A stretch of 64,000 nt of DNA from Paragordius varius (Eukaryota; Animalia; Nematomorpha). The notes beneath the pieces are model-generated. The model was not told where the DNA came from, searched no databases, and saw only the letters and a list, made by a program, of their open reading frames with translations. Positions 37,935-50,689 of this stretch are shown here, in pieces (the stretch's first letter is position 1; every line of letters starts with the position of its first letter). Where the stretch lies: contig OZ176052.1 of NCBI GenBank assembly GCA_964247055.1, forward strand, positions 4,774,001-4,838,000. The letters are read 5' to 3'. The position numbers and the translations under genes are program-made.

Positions 37935-40373
37935 AAAAGACATAGAGGACTTTTATGCAACGTTGCAAATAGTTTTGGATGAAACGAAGAAAGGAGATAT
38001 GATTATCATAGGAGGGGATTAGCAAAGTCGGTAGAGGTAGAGTAGATCAAATAGTTGGCCCATATGGATTGGGAGAACGAAACGAGGCCGGTGAAGCACT
38101 GATCAATTTTTGTCAAGAAAATGAGATGATGATAACCAACACATGGTTTCCACAACACAATAGGAGGTTGTACACATGGACCTCTCCATGTGGTAAATAT
38201 AAAAACCAAATTGATTACATAATATGTCCTCAAAAATGGAAAAGCTCTATAATCGATACCAAAACAAGCAAAAGCAGCGATAGTAACCAAAATCAAACTT
38301 AAAATAATTAAAAATAAGGTTAAGCAGATATATAGATATGACACTCGGAACATTCCAAATAGTTTTAGAACAGAAACAAAAGACAGATTAGAAAATTTGG
38401 ACAGTGAATGTAGCTCAGAACAATTATGGGGAACGATAAAAAATGTTGTTAATGAAGTGGCAAAAGAAAAAGTGCAGAGAGTAAAGAGGAAAGATAACAA
38501 ATGGATATCAGAAAAGAGTTTAGAGATAGAAGAAAAGAGGAGAAAAGCTAAATTAAGAGGTGATAATAAAATGGTAAAATTATATAACAAAGAATTTCAA
38601 CGACAAACAAGGAAGGATTATGAAGATTTCCTTAATAAACAATGTCTGGAAGTGGAATTAAATAACAAAAAAGGATTAATGCAACCAATGTTCCAGAAAC
38701 TGAAGCAAATGACTCATAAACCTTTTATATCATCCCAAAAGATTAAAAAAGAGAATGGCACCATATTGTGCAAACAAACAGAAGTACGAGAAAGATGGAA
38801 GGAATACACCCAAAAACTCTATCAGGCTCCTCAAACAAAGGTGTTGCAATTAAAAGAAGAAGAACGTGATCTAGATATATTAAGAGGGGAGGTTGAATTA
38901 GCCTTAAAACAAATTCCTAACAACAAAGCGACGGGATTAGACAATATCCCAATAGAGTTCATAAAAGCTATTCCCGTTGAAAAGTTACACCAGTTATGTC
39001 AAAAGGTGTGGGAAACATGTGAGTGGCCAAACGATTGGGCATCATCTGTATATCTCCCAATATATAAAAAAGGAGATGTACTCCAATGCGAGAATTATCG
39101 GAACATATCTCTTATTAGCCACGCTAGTAAGGTCTTACTAAAAGTAATACAAAACAGAATGCACAGTATCATACAGACAGAAATACCAGAAAATCAAGCC
39201 GGATTTATGAAGGGAAAAAGCACAAGAGACCATATCTCAAACATGAGAAGGATAATGGAAACATCAAAAGAGTTCCAGAAAGAATTATACATGTGTTTTA
39301 TTGATTACAGACAAGCATTCGATTCAATTAACTATGACTCCTTGTGGGAAACATTAAAGTTAGTAGGGGTATCGTCTCACTTAATAAGATTGATTAGCTC
39401 ACTGTATGTAAAACAAAGAGCGATTATTAGAACACCAGCGGGGGACACAGACGAAATACCAATCTTGAAAGGAGTCAGACAAGGGTGTTGCTTATCCCCT
39501 TATCTGTTCAATATGTGCACAGAAATGATAATGAGGAAGTTGGATGGTAAAAATATTGGAGTAAGAATAGGAGGGAGAACAATCAATAATTTAAGGTTTG
39601 CAGACGATACCACTCTTATAGCTGAAAGTGCAAATGATTTGAAGGAATTGATTGAAGAGATTCGAAAGGAAAGTTTATGGTCTTAGGCTTAATCCTAACA
39701 AAACCAAAATATTATGTACAGGAAAAAAGCCTACAATTATAATAGAAGGAGTAGAAATAGAAATAGTTAAACAGTTAACGTTTTTGGGCGCAATAATTTC
39801 AGAGGATGGGTCTTCAACTCCTGACATCAGAAAGAGAATAGGATTGGGTAGAGAAGCGATGACCAAATTAATAAAGATTTGGAAAAACAAAAGCGTAGGA
39901 GTTGAAACCAAAAAAAGATTACTCTACTGTTTCGTTCTCCCGGTCACCACATATGGATGTGAGAGTTGGACTCTCAGAAAAAAGGACAAAGAAAGGCTCA
40001 TGGCTTTTGAAAGGAGCTGCTGGCGTAGGATGCTAGGATACACCTGGAAGGATAAAATTAAGAATGAAAATCTAACTACAGAAATAAAACCTAAAACAAA
40101 CATCATGGAGATAATTCTAAAAAGAAAGTTAACATATTTTGGTCATGTCATGCGATCGAATTCTCTGGAGAAAGATACAATGTTTGGGAAGGTAGAAGGG
40201 CAAAGGAAACGAGGCCGACCACCGATGAGGTGGTTGGATATGATAAAAGAAGAGACCAAAATGACACTGAAAGAGCTCAATATAGCGGTTAAAGATAGAA
40301 AAAAATGGAAAGAAATAGTTAAAACTATATTTAAAAAGTCGTTTACGACTTAGGAAAAACCAACCAACCAACC
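37935..40373 (+). mobile_element. RTE-clade LINE (APE endonuclease + RT), 5'-truncated, nearly intact
   Basis: GLGERNEAGEALINFC..YTWTSP..NQIDYII (APE), KATGLDNIP, ENYRNISLISHASKVLL, QAGFMKGKSTRDHI, FIDYRQAFDSI, GVRQGCCLSPYLF, LRFADD, TYGCESWTL, YFGHVMR, GQRKRGRPPMRWLD. One frameshift near 39680. 3' tail AACCAACCAACCAACC. Confidence 0.95.
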
Positions 40374-41808
40374 TATTTTGTGGACATTGTGTAATGATAC
40401 TTCTGATTTAAGTTTACAAATTTTGGTATCAGCCTATAATTATAGTATTCATTAAAATTTTTATGGAAGAAATTTGAATAAATATAATTATTGAAACATA
40501 TGCACATAAGTGTGAATAAAACAATATACTACACTGTGTCTACAAAAATAGTGCCGAAGAAATAATTTTGATAGATTATGTCAGAATATCAGATAATAGC
40601 AAATACACACATTTTGTTTAAAACTTTTTGATAAAGGCTAAAGTTTCATTCCATAAAATATCACTAATATATATTATGTGCTTCCTATAAAAGGAGTTAA
40701 TTATTCATAGGTTGGATTTTTTAAGTTTAACCTTCACATCCATGGAAGAAAGTTTGATAGATGCATTTGTGAGTCGAATTTTTCACCTCAGAATTTCAAT
40801 TACGCTCATCATCAAATTCATGTGTAATTTTTTAATAAAAATTCACCAAAATTTAAATGCAAACGAACCTTTAAATTCAAATTCTGAGGTGATAGTTATG
40901 TTCATAGTCAAATTGCACAATCGTATATTTAAAATGTTTATCTCGCAATCACGGTTCGCGTTTATTCTAGGAAAACTTTCCAATTCGAAAATTGACTTGA
41001 GATGACATTCAAAATTCTTGAAAAAAGTATTTTGCTTTTTATATATGTATGTGTTGCTACAGTCGAGGTCGATTTTTGCAAAATTATAAGTAAAACTTCT
41101 CCATAAGTTGCGATATTGTCCATCCACCTTATCATCTTCGGCTCCTTTTACGCGTACCACTAACATTTCCAAAAATCAAGGATTTGTTAGATCTCATAAT
41201 GTGGTCAAAGTAGGATAGTTTGATATGGATGCACATTCCAAGCAATGACATATCGGGATCGATTTTATTTAAAATTGCGATGTTAGTTATTTTATCCGTC
41301 CTTTTTATTTGCAAGGGTTTTCTTCACATCCAGAGTTCAAAGAAGTTTATTATTAATAAGGAAATCCATATGTGCTTTATGGATTTTCTAAGGCTTTTGA
41401 TTCCATCCAACATAATCATCTACTTTCATTTTTATAACAGCTAGGAGTTTCAACTAATTTAATTAACATATTCTCAATTTACTCAAGTTCGACTGCTATG
41501 ATTGTTACAAATCATGGGGTAAACCCTGCATGGTGAATGTGGGGGTTAAGTCAGGCTGCGTCTTATCACCTCTTTGGTTTCATGCATATCAAAAAGTTTT
41601 ACACAAAATGTGTTTCTGGTATTCTGATATAATCTATCAAAACAATTTATTCGGCACATATTTTTGTGGGCACAGCGTATATTGTTTTGTTTGCACTTAT
41701 ATTAATAGGTTTCTATAATTATATTTATTCAAATTTCCTTCATAAAATACTATAATCAAAATTTGTAAACTTAAATCAGAAGTATCATTACACAATGTCC
41801 ACAAAATA
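40374..41808. repeat. About 250-bp inverted repeat pair (40374-40633 / 41588-41808) enclosing the RTE relic
   Basis: TATTTTGTGGACATTGTGTAATGATACTTCTGATTTAAGTTTACAAATTTTG is mirrored by ATTTGTAAACTTAAATCAGAAGTATCATTACACAATGTCCACAAAATA, and similarity continues inward to AAACTTTTTGATA. Confidence 0.8.
41060..41585. mobile_element. Degraded RTE relic in two back-to-back pieces (minus strand about 41060-41440, plus strand about 41445-41585)
   Basis: Minus: FELWM*RKPLQIKRTDKITN..KLSYFDHIMR..GNVSGTRKR. Plus: LINIFSIYSSSTAMIVTNHG..GVKSGCVLSPLWF. Confidence 0.7.
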
Positions 41809-43146
41809 TTGACGAAATATACACATATATTTTGATAAAAAAATGTATAAGGATTATCATGTTTTGATTCTAACCTTACTAGTGATCAAAAGTTATATAC
41901 ACTATTGTGGTAACTGCTCCATATCAGAAAATGACAATATTTGAGCACATGTTAAATAAAACTTGATGAAAGCTAAATGTTTCCTTCCAAAAAGTATCAC
42001 TAAAAATATATAATATACAATTAAAAATCAAAACAATATTTTTACAAAATATTAGATTATAGATGTCGGCTCCGTAAGTTTTAAATTTTCGGATCAACGT
42101 GATACGTGCAAATTTTCTCTTAAAATAATATATAAGGGCAGACATTTTGCGATATAATTATATTTTGCTTAAAAATTTCAATTATGGTACTTTGATGCAT
42201 GATGGAAACTGTGTACTCTATGACTTAATGCTAAACATTTCTATCAAGTTTTAATTATAGGTTCCATTACTTTTATATTTGGATTAAATTTTGTGAAAAA
42301 ATAATTTATATTTAACAAAAATTTGAAGCAGAACGGATATTTTTATCAAAATTTAGCATCATCAAATTAAATTTTATAATATCCAAAAGAGTTTTTATAC
42401 CTTATACAATCTGCCTTAAAATAGTAGAAGTATGATACAACAAAGTTTTGCGAAATTAAATTTTTGAGCAAAGTATGCAATTTTCACAAATATGTTTTTG
42501 ATGTCTGATAGATTCGAATACATTTTTGATGACCTTTTATTGTATCAATTTTGTATTAACTTGTACACGTTATTTTACCTTAGGTTTAACATGAAAATAT
42601 TATATTCACAAAATGTATATAAATATCGCAAACTTTATATAGTTTAGTTTTTGTATTTTATCTCAATAAATTACGGTTTCTCGATTTACCACAATGCCTT
42701 AAGCATATATTAAATTTTTTTATAATGAAATCACGGCATTTTTGCTTTATATTTATAATAGGTCATTTTATGAGAGCGGGATTCTCCGAGACCACAAATT
42801 AAAATTAATAATATTATTGTGCTTTTTAAATAAAGTATATCAGTATAATGTTGATATTTTTTGAAATAAAGGATTTAACTTCTACTAAAAAAAACTTGAT
42901 ATTATGTGAGCTCATTTTGCGATTTTACGATATGGACCAATTAAAATGAAAATGCATATAGCTCTTTTTTACATTATTCTTCAAAACCAAAAGCACCCTC
43001 AGAAACCTGATATATTTATCTTTCAAATATTATATATATATTATATATATCATCAAGATATTTTTTACCCGCTGATATGAGACGCAGTGTTTTATATGTA
43101 TTTATTATATCACATGCGCACTCCTAAAAAATAGCGGGGCATTTAA

Positions 43147-46100
43147 ATGTTTTTTCAAAAAGACCAAAAATCTGAACATGATCAAGATATATTTTATAAA
43201 AATATACCAAAAGGTTTTGTAGATATAGAAGATTTTAATTTAATTGCTTATGAAAGGATACAAAGTTAACTATTTTTTAATTAAAGTTTTATATGCAATC
43301 GAATTCGCTTCCTTTAGACACCCAAAGAATACCCCACAATATTATGATAATATTGATTTAGAAATTCGTAAGCTTAAAAAGGAGATACAAACTAAGGTTT
43401 TTATTTATATAAATTTAGCATCCATTTATTTTAAAATATACTGAAGAATTTCGAGACCTTGTTTCTCATTATATACTACGTTTATGCTTCTGTAAAACGT
43501 ATATTTATAATTTATTTTTCAGTGATGATTTACGAAAATGGTTTGTTAACAATGAGTTGGAGTATTTCAAATACAAGTTACAAATGTGGGCTGTAAATAC
43601 AAGTTCCTTTACGCACAAAAATAATTTTGAAAATCTTGATTATGAAATCATAAGTTCTGAAGAGAAAACTACGCACCTTAAAAATATAATTAATTCATCG
43701 CATAAAGCGTCTCATGTTAAGCTTCAAGAACCTGACATGGAATTCGTCAAAATTAATTTTTATGAAGTTCCAGAGCTGCTGCGAAAACGTCGCGTATTTA
43801 TTTTGAATGGAAAAGCTTACATTCCGAAATATGAATTAATTCATTTATTATCTAGAAAATTTCGGATACATTTATCATACATAATGACGGTATATTTTTA
43901 CCTTTGTCTTCAAAACGTAAACTATATTGGAAACTTTTGTTAAAGATAGATGTTCTTTTGAAATAAACGCATTTAAATATTCACACTATGTCCATATAAG
44001 AGCTTAAGTTAATGCATATGTTATTATTTATTTTCGCTTCCCTTTTGGTTTGTTAAATTAGGCACGCAAAAAAATAGGAACTCTATTTGACAATTTTGCA
44101 ACAAATCTCAGTATTAGTGAATATAGATAACTGCTTGAAAAATTAATCGTTTATAATCATAAGTTTAGTGTGTTATCTTATTCTGATGAATAGTCGTACC
44201 ATTTTGGATGTGTCTTTTAAACTGTTTTATTTTTATAAAGTCAAAATACTCTTAATGGAAGTAGTTTAAACCTTTATATACTAAATCATAATGTAATTCT
44301 AATTATATATATTGATAAAATCATTGTTTAAAATTATACATTTTAACAGTTTGTACTATAAGGTTAAATTACTTATATAGTATTAAAAAAACACCAAAAA
44401 GGGCTCATTCTTCCATATAATATTACCGAGGCGTGAAAGTTAAAAGAAATTTCATACGAGTACATTTATATAAAACTTTATTAATTATGCTAAATCTCTT
44501 TTATTTGTAAAATTATTCCTTATAATACGTGGGGTATGCTTTAAATTGAGTTTTAAATCATATATAATTTTCTAAACAATTTAGTATACCCATAATTATG
44601 TTAATTCGATTGTGGATAAACGTTTGTTGCTATTAATTCAATACGGAGAACAAATTTATCTTCATGGTGCCGAAAACTCCAATAATATCTCAAACGCTAA
44701 ATGGGATGACTTAAGTAAGGCTGAAAAAATTACGGCCAACGATATTGAAGATGTATAATCCCTATTTTTATATATATGTTCTCTTAATTTTTATTTTAAT
44801 ATTAGTATTGTATTTTATAAAAAGTAAATATTTGAATCACAAAAATGTAATTTGCTGTTTTTTTTTTGTTTTCAAATATTTTAAGAAAATGATTAATAAA
44901 TATTAGGCATGTGTCGGATAAAATTTCCAGCTATACACGAAAATATTATATATTAATAAAAAATATTTAATTAAAACTTTTAGATTAGCATCAGTTTTCC
45001 ACCATGTATGCAACATTTGTACCAAAATCTAAAGAAAGATTCAAAACTAAAACATTGGGGTCGCATGCAATTCGGTCTTTTTCTCAAAGGCATTGGCATG
45101 CCTTTAAATGAATCATTGTTGTTTTGGCAAAAAGCATTCTCCAAAGACACTTCAACTGATGATGTATTATATTTTTCCTTTAAAAAATTTTTTATTCTAT
45201 TTTTCCATTATTATTTTGTTATGGGGGGGGAATTAAAATTTTATGATAATATGATCATTTCACTTTTGATACATATGCTATGATAAAAATTTGCCAATTA
45301 ATTATTTAACTAGAAATATATCATTAAAACTGGGGCGTCTAATGCAAATGGCCTTAACGGATCGCATTATATGGGCTTTAGTAAATATTTTTTTAAATTT
45401 TAAACATAAGTTTGCACAAAGAGCAAACATAGTATAACTCCTACACCAATATTTTCAAGCTTGTGTCAATTTGATATTAATTATCTCAGATTTTGTTCGC
45501 ATACTTTTGCTAGTTATATAATTTATTATTTATTTAGTGATTTCCAAATTTTTGGGAGCTGCATGTTGGACACCCCTATAAAACAAACTTGATAAAATAT
45601 TTTTTAACCATAAATTTATTAATAATTTCCAATTTTGTATAATTTGATTAAACGTTAGCTATATTTAATTTTTTCGATGCATTTCAGTTTCAAAAAAATT
45701 ATGCGTATAACATACGACATATGTATGGGAAAGAGGGGAAGAAAGCAGATTATTCCTCATACAATTGTGTAAAAATAATCACAAATGTCCCACCGGGTCC
45801 CGGCGAATATCATGGTTTTTAAATTTATTTTATTTTATTATCCTCTAGTCTAATTTTGTAAGTCAACCTGTTTAAAATCAAAATGCTGGAAAAAAATTTT
45901 CTTCTACAAATATTTTTTTAATGGTCTCTTTATTATATGATGTAATTTTTCTATCAATTTTGAAAGACTATAATGGATTAGCACTTGTATTAAAAATTTT
46001 TTATTAAATACTTGACCCCTAATTTGGTTAAAATTGATATCTCAAATATTTCATAAAATTATTTTCATGATGATTATAGGTTGTCCATTCAAACATTTTG

Positions 46101-46363
46101 ATGGTCAATCTTTGAGACAAAAACTAAAAATGGAATCAAACCAGCTTGCATGGACAAATCAAAAAAAGATATTCGGAAAACTCAATGATTCGCAAATAGA
46201 TGAAATAATAACTTTAGCAAAAGCATCACATTACCAAATATCATGTTCAAAATATTTCTCATACAAGCATAATATAGATATAGCAAAAGCGCCCGCTATA
46301 AATCATCCAAATCAATTTTTCTCGGAAAGTCGCAAAAGCATAAAACTACAATTAGAAAAATAA
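43147..46363 (+). CDS. PRIM2: DNA primase large subunit p58; exons 43147-43264, 43287-43396, 43419-43498, 43523-43889, 44585-44752, 44984-45163, 45688-45814, 46080-46363
   Basis: [16 protein letters not shown]|[22 protein letters not shown]...[72 protein letters not shown]. All four Fe-S cysteines are present. Confidence 0.95.
43265..43286 (+). other. 22-nt intron (PRIM2 intron 1)
   Basis: GTTAACTATTTTTTAATTAAAG; required for frame. Confidence 0.85.
43397..43418 (+). other. 22-nt intron (PRIM2 intron 2)
   Basis: GTTTTTATTTATATAAATTTAG; required for frame. Confidence 0.85.
43499..43522 (+). other. 24-nt intron (PRIM2 intron 3)
   Basis: GTATATTTATAATTTATTTTTCAG; removal restores CFCKT|DDLRKWF (cf. 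AYCQS|EELRRWF). Confidence 0.88.
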
Positions 46364-49300
46364 TTTGCTACAAATAAAATTTATTGAATATCGTAAATTT
46401 ATTGTTAAATGAGCTTTCTGAAAGTTAAAACTTTGACTGGCATTCCTAATAAGTTGTATCACCAACAAAGCGTATTTTTTTTATGCATGACTTTTTATGG
46501 CCAATACAATACATTATGGTGTTTCGCACTGAGGATTTATATATTTTCATAAACACTATCATTATTTGGGCCAACTCATCAGCAAGTTTTACACAAAACT
46601 TTAATGATATCGGTTTTTAATATAGACTTGGTATTATGGCTGAAAATTTTAAAAAAGTAAAATTAATAATTTTACATTCATAAATTTGACGTAAAATATT
46701 TTTTGTAGTTAATAAATCTTGCAAAATATATTAAATAATTATTTTGAACTTTATTTTGTATATATAATTTGGAAATTATTTGAATATACTGGAATAAGAA
46801 ACTATATAAAAAAATTTATAATTCTCCGATCAAGTAATTACATACATTTTTAAAATTTTAATTAGGAATTTCGTCTTTAAATAAAAATTATTTTAAATGC
46901 AATTAATTAAATACCAAAATTGCAAAATTTAAAGCAATCTATTATTTAAGTTATTTTGAGATGATAGATATCGTTAGCATAATTGAATGTAGTTTTATAG
47001 TGCCTTAAATTGTACCGTTTTTGCTGAAAGTTAAATAAGACAAAATATTTTTTACATAATAAAAGTTTATTCATGAAATTTATTATATATTAAAAATTCG
47101 CGCAGTCTCAGCATAAAACCACAGAAAATCGCGGATAGTGTTTTAACATACACGGTGAATACAATATAATTATCCTGAATATATATATTCTGATAAATAA
47201 ATGTATCAGTATTCTAGTTCTACTTTTGGTTTAAAACTATACGAGTGATATAAAAAAAATTATTTCCACTTGTAGTAACTATGCCATGCCACATAAGTAA
47301 TTAGCAAAATGTCCGCACTTTTTGCCCTAATATTATGAAAGTGATTTCTTAACCCAAAAAATATCACTAAAGTATGTTATCTATATAAAAAGAAAAACAA
47401 TATTTCTTATAAAATGTTCTTAAAGTCTAGCGTAAAAGCTGATATTTCCCGATAAATTTTAAATATATACTTTTTGACATCAAAAGTTTTTACCGTGAAA
47501 ATGTGTATTTTACTTAAAAATTTATGTCATTGCAAATTTTCAATTAAACGAGTTTTATTGTATTTTGAAGCTTGGTGGAAAAGGTATAAAAAAATACCTT
47601 AAAATATTACAACACTTTTTTTTATATAATTTGAGGATGCTCAACATTTCTATAACTTCAGAATTTTACTCTAAAGTTTACTTTCCTTTTAGTTATGGGT
47701 GACGTTTCATAAAATAAATCATTATTTAGTAGTGATTTAAAGACGGACTTTTAAAATTTCTAAGATATGTTTAGCATCATATTATTATAGCATAAAGCTG
47801 TTTTATAACGGTACCATCATGCTTCTTAAAAGTATGATTTACGCTTCAACAAAATTTTGTAAGAATTTATATGTTTTTGGATGAATAATATGACTAAAAG
47901 ATTATCGCGAAATCTCGGCATTTTCACGTTTATTTTAGTACTGTTAGCCCATTTAAAGGCGAATAAATTTGGAAATTCGATGACATGTAAAATTAATATT
48001 TTTTAGGCTTGAAAGAGAATATCATATATTTTGATAATATTTTTTGGAAAATGCATATAGCTTTTATCAATTATTTATTTGAGTAATGTGCCATAATTTT
48101 GCGATGTCAATATCCAATAATTACTAATAACCTTTTTCTTAAACTTAAAAACCAAAAATAAAAGGTCCTAAGAATCCTGATACATTTGTCTAATAGAATA
48201 TGATCATATTTTATAACCTTGATTGTGTTTTTTTTTCAGTGTAGTTCATTTATTATTTTACCAAAAATAATAAATTTTGCGATTTCTGCACAAAGAAATA
48301 AAAGATATTTTTAAATTGGTGCTCAAACGCACTATAATTACACTAGTCAACAAATTTGGACTTTTTCGAGCACCACCACTGAAATTTTTAAATTTTGACT
48401 GATATCAATTTAAAACCGATTCTCAAGAAATTTTTGATCCTTTCAATCAGAATTTTGAGATAATCCAGGTTTTTCAATTTTTAACAAGGGAAAATAGACA
48501 GAAAATCAAATATAACTTTATAAAAAGTTAATCTATGTATTTATAAAATGGAAAGTGGTGGCTTTGTGATGTGTTTCAGAAAAACCGGAAGACTCATTCA
48601 AATCCAAATGTCAAAAAAATATAATCCTTAATAAATGGCCCGACAATAGCTTCGCCCTTTTTTTGAATTACGCTTCCATTTCGGGCCAACCCCCTACGGG
48701 TTTTTTAAATCGTGTCTTTGAGACAACTTTCCCGAAAACATGTTGGCCCATTCGATTTGATTTTTTTTACTTATTTTCGATTGCGCCGAACATAGTCGGC
48801 TCTCTTTTTGGTATTTAGGCTCTCTTTTTACCCGCTCCCCCCGTAAAATGCCACATCAAAAAAATTAAGTCCCGTTTTTTGAATATATTTTTCGCCCAAA
48901 GTATGAAACCGGAAAAATTTAATATGGATTCCAGGTATCGTTAAAAGGTAAATATTTTAGTCAAGCGTTTCTTTGATGATACACGCTAAAAGCTGACCCG
49001 TCATATCGAAATAGCGTGCCTTCGGGGCTAAATTTCAGAAGACCTATCAGGCTAGTTCAATAGCTGCTTAAAGCAAAAATTTAGATCGTGCGGTTTTTTA
49101 AAATTAGCCGCTAATTAGGCCCTTTGTGCCCTGAAGAATGCCCCATCATAGAATGATTTTTAAATTTTGAGGCACGCTAGTATATTAGTATGATTAAGCG
49201 TTTTAAACCCTATCTTTTGAATATAAATGTGTTATTTAAATATCAGGGATATAAAAATAGTACGGGTATAAACGTTAAAATTTAGTGTTTTTTAAAGCTT

Positions 49301-50343
49301 ATTTTAAACACGTAGAAATTTATATTAAAATATACTAAAAGAGGAATTTGTGGTTTAAACCATCGGCTTTCAAGGCTATATTATTTTGTTAGTTTTGGTT
49401 ATTTTTACTACTTATTAGGGTTTTTCTCTTCGGTTGATACCAACCAGTTATTTACCCTAGTGGATATTATTTATTTTGAAATTAATTGGATGTTCTCTAA
49501 TTTTAATTTTAGATGGATGTTGGGGCAGCCACTTTTATTACCTGAATGATGGATATCCTACCATAATTTTATAAACTACAATATAACCACTTGAACCTTA
49601 TCCGATATGATTGTTAAATTTGTCTAAACCCTTCTGTGAATCGGTTAATTGGACATGATTTCCGTGGATATGGCTGAAATTAATTATGTTTTACTGCAGG
49701 TCTTTCCTACCCGTCTCAAATCACCCTTCTAAAGTTTTGTATACTCTTTTATTTAATACATAGAATTTTTAACTAATATATTCAATAATTTGTATTAATT
49801 TAGTGTATACTGTTTATTTCTTTGTCGAACAAGCCCTCTCGATAAGACGTATTTCTCGTGAAAAAGAGATAACAAACCTTCAACAGCGATTTTGGGCAGT
49901 TTATATTTTAATAGATCATCAATAACATTTTCTGTAGAGTCTTCGTATAAAAAATCTGTGGTAACGTGCAGTTAGTATAATTGGATTATATTTGCATTTT
50001 CATTCTATATTATAATAAAAAACCTATTAAAATACCACTTGAATGACTTGCTCGTTTAAATATTTAAGTGACAGAAAATGCAAAAAATAGGGTGGTGCAA
50101 ATCTTTATTGAGCAGTGTTATTAAACATAATCAATTTAAATTCCTGATTCCATCATAATAATTATGAATTCCGTGCAATTATGACTCTTTTCTAGATTTT
50201 CTCTGTAAAAAATATTTACGCAAATTTTTATACATTTTATGTTTGTATTATTTTTGTCTACCCATATAATAGCACAATTTTTACAATGTACGCATGAACA
50301 CCTTAACAATTAACAGCAACTTTGCATGTGTTCATAAATGATT

Positions 50344-50689
50344 ATGGGCAAAGAAAGTCCAGCCGTATATTCCCCCTTTATATATAATTTAATTAATTGG
50401 ATGATTGGAGTAATGTTTTTTTCCTAATGTACAGAGAACATTTAATTCAAACATGCGATATAGAAGATACCTCTCACCGCGTACAAAACCTTTAGCGAAT
50501 TTGCCTCCAGGTCCGCACGAAAAATTAGCAAACAATTACTATTTTGAAAGGGATCCAAGAAGATCAATACATTTGCCTTCTACTATACATGAATCCAATC
50601 CTCAAAAGTTAATATCGTCTGCTGATGTTAAAATGATTCCTCCAAAAAATGTTACGGAATTCGTCCATAACCTACGAGACAAGTCATGA
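50344..50689 (+). CDS. NDUFA7: NADH dehydrogenase (complex I) accessory subunit B14.5a; exons 50344-50409, 50435-50689
   Basis: MRYRRYLSPRTKPLANLPPGPHEKLANNYYFERDPRR matches [36 protein letters not shown]. Upstream exon MGKESPAVYSPFIYNLINWMIG is joined by a 25-nt GT-AG intron. An in-frame ATG also exists at 50338. Confidence 0.9.
50410..50434 (+). other. 25-nt intron (NDUFA7 intron 1)
   Basis: GTAATGTTTTTTTCCTAATGTACAG; required for frame, falls after NWMIG (cf. NWASG). Confidence 0.85.

Noticed and set aside
38006-40371. Minus-strand ORFs 38006-38590, 39675-39911, 39924-40106 and 40129-40371
   Set aside because: Antisense to the purine-rich RTE ORF, with no independent protein signal.
48620-49160. 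GC-richer stretch as a tRNA or other ncRNA
   Set aside because: No cloverleaf, A/B boxes or snRNA motifs were found by eye. It is more likely a transposon end, left unclassified.
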